Below are positions 41,690-56,083 of a stretch of 64,000 nt of DNA, piece after piece; position 1 is the first letter of the stretch, and the number at the start of each line of letters is the position of its first letter. Origin of the DNA: Octopus sinensis (lineage: Eukaryota); assembly GCF_006345805.1 (NCBI RefSeq), contig NC_042997.1, positions 35,650,001 through 35,714,000 on the forward strand, read 5' to 3'. Made by a program: the position numbers and the translations under genes. The notes beneath the pieces were generated by a model, which made no database searches, was not told the DNA's origin, and saw only the letters and a program-made list of their open reading frames with translations.

Positions 41690-42089
41690 GTTGAGTTCCA
41701 CTGCGTGGCACCTTGGCCAAGGGTCGTCTTCGACTATAGCCTTGTGCCGACCAAAGCCTTGTCAATGGATTTGGTAGAAGGAAACTGAAAGAAACCCCGT
41801 CATATATATATATACATATACATATACATATACATATACTTATATATATATATATGTGTGTGTATGTGTGCGTATGTTTGTGTGTTTGTGTTTGTCCCCC
41901 CAACATCGCTTGACAACCGAAGCTGGTATGTTTCCGCCGCCGTCACTAGCGGTTCGGCATGAGTTACCGATAGAATAAGCACTAGGCTTGCAAAGAATAA
42001 GTCCTGGGATCAATTTGCTCGATTAAAGGCGGTGCTCCAGTATGGCCGCATTCAAATGACTGAACGAAATAAAGAAATAAAAGAATAAG
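41690..42089 (+). mobile_element. SINE family 1, 5'-truncated
   Basis: Colinear with 43850-44238. Confidence 0.85.
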
Positions 42090-42091
42090 TG

Positions 42092-42123
<32 letters not shown>

Positions 42124-42838
42124 GTGCGTGCTTAGCATTTTAATAGTCTTTATTTTTTGTATACATCAATATCCCTATACAAATTTGTGAATCTGCCTAT
42201 CACTTTTCCATTCACTCACAGAAATGCATCTTCCCTTATGTTATTCCTTTTACTAAATTACTCACTACCATTCCATAGTTCTTTCACTTCCTTCCCTTCT
42301 GGCGTATTTTTCTCTCTGTCTCTCTCTCTCTCTCCGCTTCTTCCTCTGCCTCTCTTAGAGATACGTAATTCATGTATATGTTACTTCTTAATCATTGTAT
42401 ACGGCTTGTCTTTTCCTCTGATGATCTTTCTTTTATTCACTCACACTCCTTCGTTCCTTCAATCCTCAACACTTAGTGTTTCTTTACCGTTATATTTAAT
42501 ACTCTCTTGCTTCCCCCCTTTTTTTTTCCTCCTTTTATTTACATTTTCATATCGAAGCAAAATCAATCGGAAAGCTATTCTTTCATATCAGAATTATTTA
42601 CTAAGGTAATAGGCTTATGAAATTTTCCGCCAGAGATATTTATCTGTGCCAAGAAACAAATGTAAAAAGATGTTCCCGCTTACCGAAATGGATAGTAAAG
42701 TAAGATAACAGTAAAATAGCAGAGAGATTTCACTAAATATTACACACATAAACACACACACACATGTGCACGCACGCATACACTCCCACACACACGCGCA
42801 CGCATGCATACCTCCCACACACACACACATATATATAT

Positions 42839-42882
<44 letters not shown>

Positions 42883-42984
42883 AGATATATATATATTATA
42901 TATATGTATATATATATGTATATATATACATATATATATACATATAAATATATATATATGTATATATATATGTATATATATATA

Positions 42985-43022
<38 letters not shown>

Positions 43023-43816
43023 TACATACATATATATTATATATATATATACATAAGTATAGTATAATTCTAACTAAGGATATGTTATATGTACAGAGTA
43101 CATGTGCATATATATTATGTGTCTATAAAGGTAATTCCTTTGTAACACATTGTCCCAGAAGTTTAAGAAGGCAAAGAATGCTCAGCATACATAGAATTGG
43201 TATACAATGTTAGAACGTATGGAACGGAAAATATGAAGCAGGTACGTATATTGATTGATGACTAAGTGTTATTGCCGGAAGAAGTTTAATATATATATAT
43301 ACTTATATATAATAATAATAATAATAATAATCATCATCATCACAAAGAAAAAAACCCAAAGTAGATCTCCATAAGAGCCTTAAAATTGCCAAGAGAGAAT
43401 TTTGACAAACATGTGTAGAATTTATTCAAAAATTATTTCAGACTATGAAATAAAAGCTCTCCTTAAACACCAGGGGAAAAAACGAATATTTAATAATTAT
43501 AATTAGACTTAAAATATTACATATAATTCTTTTAGTCATGTATGTGAGAGAGTGGTTTGTTAGCTTTTTCTGTAAACATGTTAATTTTTATTAGAATTGG
43601 TATGACACATTCGCGTAACAAACTTGGAAAATATCTTCTAGGTAAAAAATCTTGTGTCTTTTATATTCCAAATGTATATAGTAGGTGTAGGTTCTGCTTA
43701 TTTTGTTTCCAATTCGGTTTTATTCTCCTATGATTAAATAGCGTGGAATTGACTATGTATGCCTTCCCCCAATATTTCTGGTACATGCTTACACTGATAT
43801 GTATAGAGTATATATA

Positions 43817-44238
43817 GGCGCAGGAGTGGCTGTGTGGTAAGTAGCTTGCTAATCAACCACATGGTTTCGGGTTCAGTCCCACTGCGTGGCATCTTGGGCA
43901 AGTGTCTTCTGCTATAGCCTCGGGCCGACCAATGCCTTGTGAGTGGATTTGGTAGACGGAAACTGAAAGAAGCCTGTCGTATATATGTATATATATATAT
44001 ATATATATACATATGTGTGTGTGTGTTTTTGTGTCTGTGTTTGTCCCCTTAGCATTGCTTGACAACCGATGCTGGTGTGTTTACGTCCCCGTCACTTAGC
44101 GGTTCGGCAAAAGAGACCGATATAATAAGTACTGGGCTTACAAAGAATAAGTCCCGGGGTCGATTTGCTCGACTAAAGGCGGTGCTCCAGCATGGCCGCA
44201 GTCAAATGACTGAAGCATGTAAAAGAGAATAAAAGAGA
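43817..44238 (+). mobile_element. SINE family 1, full copy
   Basis: A box TGGCTGTGTGG, B box GGTTCAGTCC, internal TA/TG tract, AAAAGAG-type tail. Confidence 0.92.
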
Positions 44239-44363
44239 AATTTATATGTGGGGGTGTGTATGTATATTTGTATGTATTACTGTATATATTTCTACGTATG
44301 TATAAGTATATATATGTATATGTATATATATCTATATCTATATCTATCTATCTATTTATATAT

Positions 44364-44414
<51 letters not shown>

Positions 44415-45937
44415 TGTGTATGCTCACACTTTCACGAAGGCGAACATGAATCTGTGCAGGCTAGCGATCACTTAATTCATGTTATATTTGGGGATATCCT
44501 AAAAAATTACCCTCAATATCTGCACAAGCTTCCGGTTGTCACTATTACTAACAACATTTCATATAGTACAGAATGTAGATCAACGTATCGCTTCCTAAAA
44601 GGAATGATTATATGTTGACAGACTGGGAACACAATTTTGTCTGACTGGGTTTCAGACAGACAACGACAGGAAGAACATGAACTGAATTAAATCTAAAATA
44701 AAGAAACAATGTATCGGAATAATTTGGCGGCTTATTTTTTAAATAAGTATGAAGTAAATTTTGATAACATATTGAACAGTCGATTTCAGAGATTCAATTA
44801 ACTTTTGGCCGCAGGAAGCCAGGAACGAGAATCATTACGTATATTTTATGTATTAGAAAATGATGATTATTTTAGAAATGTTTCATGATAATTACTAACC
44901 TAATAAGAAATCTCTACATCTCCGGCAAAAATAGTTCATTAAATGATATATTATTTTTTATTTTCTTTTGAGAAATTAATTATTCTTGATATCTTTGCAG
45001 GCTATGGTTTAGGATAAGCACGAATAATAATTTAATAAAATATAGTATATGAATGTGTGAATTTAATATCACATTCGTAAGTCATGTACTCCTCCGAAGC
45101 TATATATAAAGAAATCAAGTGCTTACATATATTTTCATATGCTTAGGAATAATTTAGTCACCCAGTTATATTCACATAAATGTCTCTAAAGCATGTTTCC
45201 TTTGACCTTAATTTATTAAAATTAAAAGTTTAATTAATATACAGTTTTGTGTGTAGCGTCTCATTCTGTAAATTGTATTACCTTTTTAAAATTAATTTGA
45301 ATTCCCAGGTGTTTTGACTAATATGAAAATAATCAAAAATCATTATAAAATATTATACTAAAATAAAGTAGGTTTGCCAATATATTTTTGGCACTATTTA
45401 CCTATACCCATATTTAGCCTTAGAAGTCCAATGCTTCCTTTCAAAGTTTCAAGCATCTCTGTTTAAATTTCGGAGAGTAAAACATGCAGAGAAATATACA
45501 TTAAACTTTCCATTCATATATGCACACGTTCCATTCATGGTTGATCAAAATTTTAATATATATTGTGCAAATCATCTCCCATCGAAGTTATGGTGGACTG
45601 AAGTCCCACCCATACTAATCCTAATTGTTATCTTCGCATTTAAAGACGATGCATTGAAATACCAGGTAACTATCTTGGTTGTTGAGCATATAGAAATTTG
45701 TAAGATTTGTGTTGCAATCTATGGAACATGGATGTTTCACCAACACACACACACAGACGCACGCCCACATGTGTACAGCTTGAGGTGTATATTATATATA
45801 TATATATATACTTAGGTGTGTATGTGTGTTCGTGTCTGTGTTTTTGTGTGTGTGCGCGCGCGCGTCTGTTGGGGTGTACGCAATTATTCCATAATTCTTG
45901 CTCCTCAACATCAACTGTATTATTCTTTCAACCATTA

Positions 45938-46314
45938 CTAGCAGTATCGCCCGGCGTTGCTCCGGTTTGTAAGGGAAATAACTATATAAGCATTTTTAGA
46001 GATGTAAAGTATAATAGCCATCTCAATATGGCTAACCACAAAGGGGGGGGTGTTACTGTAGCTTTTTACGTTCTGAGATTTAATAATAAATTTTTAGAGA
46101 GTTACTTCTCTTATATATGCCAAAAATGCATTAAAAATGGGAAAAATTGATGGTAAATATTTTTTTAAATCGTAGACTCATCGTAGACACGCGCTAATAC
46201 CCAGAATGGCTCGATATGAATCACGACTATAAGATACCCGCAAAATGTGGGGGTAGTTAGGAATCTAAATCGTAGGAGACAGACAGCACACAACCTTACT
46301 TTTATATATAAAGA
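45938..46314 (-). mobile_element. Non-autonomous Helitron
   Basis: Minus strand A|TCTTT...hairpin...CTAG|T, inserted between A and T with no TSD. Confidence 0.85.
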
Positions 46315-46339
46315 TATCTGATCTGAAAATGGTATTTTA

Positions 46340-46650
46340 TTTGGGTCTCTGAAGTGAAATCTCCCACGAGTATTTTAAGTATCTTATTTTTTCCGGTGTC
46401 CCTCTTTCATCGACCATTTCCGATCACTCTCGAAATGAAATGCTCGAGTGGTTTAAATGGAAGATGTTTCACTTTTGTTAGCTTTTGGTATCTGGTCAGC
46501 GCAGTTCTGTCTTCCATTTATAAAGGCTTGATTTTATCAAATTACTACTCCCAGAAACTTGTCTTTGTTGCAGGTCACTACTCCCTTCTTATGCTTTTGT
46601 TTCGCTTATTACAGCAGTGTCTAGCAGATACAAATATAGGCTAGACCGTA
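46340..46650 (-). mobile_element. Decayed LINE apurinic endonuclease fragment
   Basis: LDTAVISETK and KILVGDF resemble DI..LSETR and LLGDFN. Confidence 0.5.
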
Positions 46651-47709
46651 ATCTTTGTAATTTATAGTGTAGAAGAATTCCATATAGTTTCCGCTCATTT
46701 TATTTACTGAGAACATTCTATTGACTAATATGTAATGTTTCGAATACCGAGATGCGTAAATTTTCCGATTTTATTAAACTAAGAACTATATTATTCCTAC
46801 GATATTCTAGCCACTCCATAAGTAGAAGAAAAAGTTAGCACTGTTCGCCTTGAAATAGTAGCTAAGTAATAACATAATGAATGCCGTATATCATATTATT
46901 TCACTGAGGTAAGCGTATCACTATGGAATTCCATTTAAATCAAAAACAGTTAATTTAACAGCTTTTTCCTATTCAGTTACTTCTAAATACACAAGTCATT
47001 GACATTTGAACAACTGACACTTAAACTATAGAATAGTTAACTAGACATCGTAAACTAATTTATTATGTCTTTCTAATAAGTTATCATTCGATTGTTTGTT
47101 TGTCAGTAATAGCTACCTGATATCATTATTCTGAATTACCTGTTGTAATGATAATTGGACACAAGAACTTATTTAGTTTTCATGGAGATATTTAGCGTCA
47201 CGCAAATCTCTCCCTGAGGATGTTCAAAATTGGCTTACAGTTTGATGTTAAATAGAGAGAATGCAATCCGAAATTAATCTCTGAACTTGATAGGTGAGGG
47301 AAATGACTTTTCACTTATTTCTAATGTAAAGAGATTCCCATTTACCAAGTGGAATATCCCGAGAGCAAAATACATTTTAAAGAGATAATTTACGAAACAA
47401 ATACTCTAAGATTTAAACCTCACAGGTTGTCTTTGTATAGCGTGAAATCATTTTTGAGTGAGTAAATATAAATTGTGTTTACAGAATGAATGAGGTGTTG
47501 TATCCAGTGTTTAAGGAATAGAAAGAGTATTATAGTTATTAATTTTTCCTTGTTAACATACCAGTGGGTGGTAATCAGTCATCACTACCATCGTTTTAAA
47601 CAATTTACTTCACTATTACATCGTATCAACAAAATCCTGTTACGGGAACGTAAACACACCAAAATTTGTATGAAGCGATGGTGTGAGAAAAAGATACACA
47701 CACACACAC

Positions 47710-47833
<124 letters not shown>

Positions 47834-47965
47834 GACGGGCTTCTTCCAGTTCCCGTCTACCAAATCCATTCACAAGGTTTTGGTCGGCCCGTGGCTATAG
47901 TAGAACAAATGCCCAAGGTGGCACGCAGTGGGACTGAAACCGGAATCTTGTGGTTGGGAAGCAGC
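47834..47965 (-). mobile_element. SINE family 1, 5' half
   Basis: ACGACGGGCTTCTT..GCAGTGGGACTGAA. Confidence 0.8.
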
Positions 47966-49578
47966 ATATCGAGAGCGATGGTAGTTTTGTTTGTCTATGC
48001 ACTAGACATTTCAGAAGGTTTGCATTATTTCTGTCCAAACAACGATTGTGTGTAAACGCTGTGGTGGTTTTCACGTTCCCAGAGTTATACGGTTTTCATT
48101 TGTGGCAAAACGTATTTTAGGATCCTGTTATAAATTAGTTACGACTATCTTAATTTTGTCACCATATTGGCTTATTTGCCCCGTATTTATTTTTGGTGAT
48201 GATTTTATCTCTTTGTATTTTTATGTAATGTATATTTCTATTTAAAATACATTTCTTTTTCCTTTTGGATGTTTTGCACCATAGGATAATCAATCTTCTC
48301 GATGTTGAACCACGCAAAGTTTTACAAATTTGTGAAAATATATGTAACAATAATGCCAACATTGTTTTCATGAGATTACTAGCCTTTCACAGTATCCAAA
48401 GATTCTTTACTTTTAGATTCCTGTTCAACATATCTACAATATTTTAGGCTTAATGTAAATTATTGGAATGCGAAAAGTAATAGTGATAGGCACATAAGAT
48501 CACTAACCATTAAAAATGTCCAACCGCAGCCTAGACTCCGCAACCCGAAGTGTGTTATTTATTATAATGTAAAAACAAAATCCATGTGAGCAGTTATCTT
48601 TTGACAACGTGGAATAAAAACGATGGGTGTTTGTTGCAAAAGAGTATTTAAAGTAGGAATTTTAACATTTTGTGATACATTAAATTATACGAGAGAGAAG
48701 AAAATATGAAAAGCTAACACGTGTTGGTAAAATATATTATTATCTTAATGTTGCAGCGTTTGAAAGCGTTTCCAGTGCTCTTTAGATAAATGCTTAGAAA
48801 GTCATAAATATATAAATTTACCAACATATGTGGAAATAACTATTTTTTTTTTAGTAGGGACACGTCTATGAAATTGAGAAAAAGAGGAAAGAAAACTGTA
48901 TCAACAATGGAAATTTATGTTTTATTGGACAATTTCGCAGTACATGGCAGATTATGAGATTTGCTTTCTGGAATTGTTTTAGAGATTGTGGGTAAAACGT
49001 AATCCTAAAAGTATTTCGCGTAAGAATAAATGTGGCATGGCAATGATTTAAGCTTGTATTTCTAGATTAAACATCCAGCTGCTATTGCCTATTTTCTTTT
49101 TCCGTGAATCCTCTAATGCGCCCAAATTAAAACAATTGAAAGAACATTGATCAACGATTAAAACTTTAATCTTAAAGCTTAATCAAACTAGTGATTAGCG
49201 CAAACTGTTATAGAAAACCCTACAGTAACAATCAAATGAGACGTATTTTAGTATTTCATATTTTCTGATGCGAATACGCTCATAGCAACTTCTGCATTTA
49301 TGCATAAACATACATCTATACATACACGACTGCATCAACATATATATGTGTATTGACGTATGTTCGTATCAGTGTGCTTCTATATACACAACAGGCCTTC
49401 TTACATACCATACATACACCTGCGCGTATATGCATACACACACGCACACATACCCCGGCTGAGACATTATGTATATATTCATGCTTTGAATTATATAACA
49501 TACACATGGACATTATATATATTTCTTTTATTTCTTTACACGTTTCAGTCATGAAACTTCGGTCATGATGGATCAGCG

Positions 49579-49581
<3 letters not shown>

Positions 49582-49634
<53 letters not shown>

Positions 49635-49667
49635 ATATTATATATACTTATATATATATATATATAT

Positions 49668-49757
<90 letters not shown>

Positions 49758-49766
49758 ATATATACT

Positions 49767-49797
<31 letters not shown>

Positions 49798-49891
49798 ATA
49801 TATATTATATATAATATAAATATATACTTATATATATATATATACTTATATATATATATATACTTATATTATATATATATACTTATATATA

Positions 49892-49924
<33 letters not shown>

Positions 49925-49939
49925 TTATATATATATATA
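49582..49939. repeat. (TA)n with recurring TATACTTA interruptions
   Basis: Seen directly. Confidence 0.97.
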
Positions 49940-50088
49940 ATTTATAAATGAGGGCAAAGGAAAATAAATTCTAATGCCAAATATGCCGAAAAATTGGACA
50001 TATTGCCCATTAACCATATAATTTTTTCACAGTACGCACGCTATTCGAAAAAAGGGCGACATAAATTTCTAAAAAATTCCATTATTAC

Positions 50089-50146
50089 CATATCGGACCG
50101 ATTTCAGAGTTAGCTACTAAGAGCCCTCTCTTCGTCAGAGATACAT
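50089..50146 (-). ncRNA. Type-I hammerhead ribozyme motif, copy 1
   Basis: UGUAUCU-CUGACGA-[AGAG..CUCU]-GAAAUCG-GUC-CGAUAUG. Confidence 0.7.
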
Positions 50147-50586
50147 GTGGCAGAAGAAATAAATGAGATACTTACTCATACCCATAGAAGAAGTAAATAC
50201 TAAGTCACGGGCACAACTAAGTACCCCAAGTACATCCAAAATAGAAATACTCCAGCCCATTCGAGGCACGTGCGATTTGAATTGAGGCTCTCCCAGAGTG
50301 AGTTAGTTCGGAAATGAACACTTAAATTTATATCAAATGTGAGGATAAAATTCTTTTCGAAAAAAAATATTCTTTCAAAAAAATATTATCAATGGCCAGC
50401 ATATTAAAAAATACCTTTAACGGTTAAATTTATGAACAATTCATAAATGAGGGCAAAGGAAAAGATTTCTAATGCCAAATATGCCGAAAAATTGGACATA
50501 ATGTCCATTAACCATATCATTTTTTCACAGTACGCACGCTACTCGAAAAAAGGTCGACAGAAATTTCTAAAAAATTCCATTATTAC

Positions 50587-50644
50587 CATATCGGACCGAT
50601 TTCAGAGTTAGCTACTAAGAGCCCTCTCTTCGTCAGTGATACAT
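50587..50644 (-). ncRNA. Type-I hammerhead ribozyme motif, copy 2
   Basis: Same as copy 1 except A at position 2.1. Confidence 0.7.
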
Positions 50645-50862
50645 GTGGCAGAAGAAATAAATGAGTGCGTACTGTGAAAAAATATAAAATTAAGCTTTCA
50701 CTTCCGAACTAACTCACTCTGTGAGAGCCTCAATTCAAATCTCACGTGCCTCGAATGGGCTGGAGTATTTCTATTTTGGATGTACTTGGGGTACTTAGTT
50801 GTGCCCGTGACTTAGTACTTGCTTCTTCTATGGGTATGAGTAAGTATCTCATTACTCACATT

Positions 50863-50910
<48 letters not shown>

Positions 50911-51419
50911 TATATATTGGAAAATGTGTGAGATAATTAGTACAGTTAGGTATATATGAAAGAAGCAAAACGAATGACTTAACTGGCAGTTTTTTGGGGG
51001 CCTGCAGTGTCCCATATTATTGACTCTGTTATTATCACTTTTAAATTGTTACACTAAATAATAACAGTCAATGGCATCTTCGCAATTTATTTTTTTTCTC
51101 GTGAATTATTTGCTCCGTATAAAGATATATATATATATGTATATGTGTGTACATACATGAATGCATACCTACAAGCATACTTACGCTTGTATATCTTTAG
51201 CAATGCCATGTACGTATGGGAATAAGATATAAGGGGGAATTTCTTAGTGATAGAATGAATATTCAGTTTCGAATGATTATATCATCTGTAATTATATCAT
51301 GCTGCCTAATTTTCGCCTTTTTGTGGGTGTGTATGTACATATGATATCGAAAAATCATACCTATTTAAACCTGCAAAACTTAAATCTTGTGGATTTTAAA
51401 ATATTGACCTATCATATAC

Positions 51420-51590
51420 ATATATACATAAATACATACATACATACATACATACATACATACATAAATACATACATACATACATGCTTACATACATACA
51501 TACATAATACATACATACATACATATATGCATACATACATACATACATACATACATACATACATACATACATACATGTATACATACATAC
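51420..51590. repeat. (TACA)n microsatellite
   Basis: Seen directly. Confidence 0.98.
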
Positions 51591-53698
51591 AAATTTAACG
51601 ATACACTAACGCTGCTCAAAAATATTACGATCTCCAGAAATGCAGTAACCTGGCAGAAGCGTTAAAGCATGAGACACAATGCTTTATCATTTTACGTACG
51701 TACCATATGCTAATGAAGTTGATGCATTTCATACTTCCGCTTCCTACGAGTACCAACAAATAGTGAAATGACTTGGATTAGCTGCACATTTTTTTCGAAA
51801 TTTATGCTTTTGTGTCAAACAAAGAAACCAGTACTCGGTATCTCAGTAATAGCTAGTGTTGCATAATTGATATACCTTTCTGGGGATGGTTTCTTTAAAC
51901 TGTTTTGTTTTTACATTCCTTTATGTCATTCATGACATCAATGAACACCGGGGACGCTCATCTTTTCAGCGATGTCAAATTATGTGGTCACTACAATGTA
52001 ATTAGGTTTCAGATGTTGAATAATCTTTTTTGTGTTTTACAGTTTGAAACAAAGAAAATTTTAATAGAATTCACACATTAACGAATTCAATATAGCAATT
52101 AGCGTCGGAAGCTATTTTGTTGAATATTGTCTGATGTGTAACGATTTTCTATTTAGTTGATTAGCTTAAAATTTTGAGAGCTGGGTGTGGAACTCAGCAA
52201 ACGAATTGGTAAACAAATATTCGATTATATCCAAATGTTAGTTTTAAGTGAGACCTTGTTTATTTGGTAAATTTGATCAAGAAACATTTTCAAATTTAAA
52301 ACTGATTAGGAAATATATAGATGTTACACGTATATAGATGCAACGTATGGTAATAAAGGATACAAGTATAAGCAATACAAAGAGGCAGAGATGTAGCACA
52401 TTGGAAAAAACTACTGAGCCTAACAAAAGAACCGCACATATAAATGGTGTCAGATAGTGCGCTTATATGAAAGTAAGCAAACTGAAAAAAGAATCAAAAG
52501 ACAATTTCCATTATTATTTCATTTAATCTTCAAATATGTATCTATCTTCATGCTTCCGTGATTCTCATTAAAATTAATACATCGGTGTTTAGCTGTTATA
52601 AGCTGAAGAAAATTAAGTTTTGTTAGTGAAATTATAAACATCGTACAAATCGTTGAGAGACCAGATACGCATGAAAATATTTGCAATGAGTTTATCTTCA
52701 TATTTACGACATATTGTCGAACGTGATGTCAAAAGAAATATGCGGCGCTATTTGCTAGAATCAAATTATGAGCGTTGAAAATTATTAGCGCGGAATGTCA
52801 AATGCTATTACGTTTTCATGTACCTCTTTATGCAGTGGCTATTTTGGGTGAAGTACGAAATCAGTCATATATTTATAGTATACCTCAATTCAGGAAGGGG
52901 TATTTCAATTAATATTCAGAAACATTATTGGAACCTATCATTTTTATCCATCTCAAAATATTATTCCCTTAGTGTATTTATGCACGTGTTACGCATTAAA
53001 ATGGAAATGTTCAGATGTTGCTCAATAGTATGATGTTTTTTCTTGCATAGACAGTTACTCTGAATACTTTGTTGTTCTTAATAGGAAGAGTTAGTTCACG
53101 TTTCTCAATAATTTAATTTCTATTCCATAAGGAGACTAATAAATTAGTAACTTCGAAGAATTAATAATGTTATTTCCATCAAAAGTTATGCAGTCTTCAA
53201 AATTCTATACGAAACAAATTTGTATAATATCTGTGGTAAACTTCTTCTGACACGAAATAGAGAAATTTATCTAGAATATGATACAGACTTGAGATAAACT
53301 AACGAATGACGTTTATACCATCGAACAATAGGAATGATAGGTATAATTACTTATAAAAATTTAACATATGCCATCCCAGTCAAAATATTTCACTACTACT
53401 CTCTCATTTATCTCTATCTGGGGTACTTTGTGTTTGAATTTGAATCCTATTGATATATCTTGTCTGAGACAATCCAGATGCTAGAGAAATCAAATTATAT
53501 TTTCGTTTCATATAGTTCACAATCTTTCCTTGATAAAATGAAACTTTTGACTATTTAATCTCATTCTGATATCTCGGGTTACATATTATAGTCTCTTTGC
53601 GTTAGCTTTTATCAATGGTATAGCCAAGTGCTCTAATTAAGTGACTGATTTATTTTCTCCCAGAATGAATAATACGCGCATGCATACACGTTGACACA

Positions 53699-53755
<57 letters not shown>

Positions 53756-53822
53756 ACGTATATACATATACAAATGTGTTTTTGTGTTTATGTATGTGTG
53801 TATTTATTTATATATATATATA

Positions 53823-53880
<58 letters not shown>

Positions 53881-53960
53881 CATATATGTTTCTGTGCCAG
53901 TGTGTGTGAGTTAAAATATATGTATATATATGCATACATACATACATAAAAACACTCCTC

Positions 53961-54026
<66 letters not shown>

Positions 54027-54423
54027 TTTCTGATTTTTGTTCTTTCTACTGTACCTCTGGCGTAAGTGCAGTATACCCTACACTAGTATAAGAAGGTCTA
54101 GTGTAATTTTTTATTTCTGTTTTAACGTTATATGAGGATTTTTCATATTACCATTTTCTAAGTTTTGAAATAGCTCTTAGTAGTATTTTGCACAAATATT
54201 CAATACCATAACTAAAGAAAATCGGTTCTAAATATAATAATGCTTCATTTCTACAAATAGTTTTCTACTTCATTTCAGGTGGGATAAAAATACAACGTTT
54301 TGGGTCATAAATTTAAGGATGTCGAGCAGTAAGTGGATGAAATTTCGTGAAATCTTTCAATCATACATACATACAAACCTACATACATAATTACACACAC
54401 ACACACATATATATATATATAAT

Positions 54424-54459
<36 letters not shown>

Positions 54460-54802
54460 ATTTGCAAAAACAAACTGTTGAAATATCCCCATATCGGACA
54501 ATTGCTGGTTTATGAGTTCATAAGGAGGAAATAAAAGCCGTTTGGATATTCCAATTGACATTATTGCGTACCGCATACCTGAGACTTGGCAAGCTGATTA
54601 CTAGACTGCACTCAATATTCATTTAGCCATCCCTCAAATTCTCTTCATAACTAAACCCACTATAATCAGGATATCACTCATGAGAGTAATTGGTTTACGA
54701 TGGGTTAGACCTCCTAGGGCCAACAATCATCGCCTCACACTGTTTCCAATACATATACATACATACAAACACATACATACATACAAACCTACATACATAA
54801 TT

Positions 54803-54844
<42 letters not shown>

Positions 54845-54958
54845 TATTTAAAAGCAGCAGAAATATAACAAAAGCTGTAACTCGGAGTTTCATGTTCCCG
54901 TTCGTCGAACATTTTTTTATATGCTTACTCCGGTATATATATATATATACACATATAC

Positions 54959-54989
<31 letters not shown>

Positions 54990-55002
54990 ATATATTATAT
55001 AT

Positions 55003-55036
<34 letters not shown>

Positions 55037-55061
55037 ATATATATATATATATAGATACGAA

Positions 55062-55320
55062 GGCGCATGTTTCAATGGCTAGAGCGTCAGGCTCACAATT
55101 ATAAGGTAAGGAGTACGATACCCGGACCGGGGTCTGTGTTCTAGTCTCGAGCAAGATAGTTTATTTCAGGTTGCTCCAGTTCTCACGCTTGTAGAAATGA
55201 TTTGCTTTGGAGTGCGGAGGTTGTTATGCATTGGTAACTGCTGTTATGCTTCATTAACAGACGTGTACCTCGGAGGGCAAATTTCTAAGTGTATCCCATG
55301 GTAATTCCTGGGATCTTTAC
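55062..55320 (+). mobile_element. SINE family 3, diverged copy
   Basis: GGCGCATG..AGAGCGTC head; body and CTCGGAGGG..CCCATGG tail match 5798-6127. Confidence 0.7.
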
Positions 55321-56017
55321 CCTTATCTGGATACGTCTGGTAACATTTTAGTCATGTGCACTATACACTGGGCGAAATAAATGAAAATAACTATACACAC
55401 CCCCATAAATTGATTAATCTCATTAAAACTATTATATTGCCAATCTTCAGGTCTAGCGTATATTGTTTACTAAGATTTCTTTTTCCTAATTTTATTCCAT
55501 ATTTCAGTTCATTATTTACTAAAGTAAAATTATTCCAACAATTTCTAGTTATATAATTTTAGGTTGTCATGTTTTTTTATATAGGAACTAAATAGCAAAA
55601 TAAATTCATATTAACTAGACCTGAAGATTGGCAATATAATCGTTTTAATATAGTATTGTATTTCGTTACATTCTATTTCAGCAATATCGAGGAATATGTT
55701 GTCATGAAACGTACGTTGTCCTTATAATGTAAAGTATATGATTTAAAATAAGAACTGAAGATATTAATGTTGAGATTTTGGAATAAGAATTGTAGGTATT
55801 AATTTTGATAATTTTAATATTTAGTCCCATATGTACCTATTGTGGATAATGTCATTAAATGATCATCGATTTGCTTGAGGGTGATTCTGTCCCTTTAACC
55901 TATATATCTATCTATCTCTATTTATATCTATATAATACAGAGAGTAATTAATTTTAGTATCACTAAATTGAACTCTCCCCTGTGGCCTCCGAAATAACTT
56001 CCCTAATATTAATATTA

Positions 56018-56083
<66 letters not shown>

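Larger units (their letters stand above)
49944..50853 (-). mobile_element. PLE-like remnant: ~223-bp direct repeats (49944-50166 / 50443-50665) plus inverted segment (50690-50853 vs 50163-50325)
   Basis: Direct-plus-inverted layout typical of PLE pseudo-LTRs; (TA)n on both sides; a hammerhead in each direct repeat. Confidence 0.8.

Noticed and set aside
48000-48400. Possible decayed PLE RT (FAWFNIEK) on the minus strand
   Set aside because: Only one loose motif; not enough to call.
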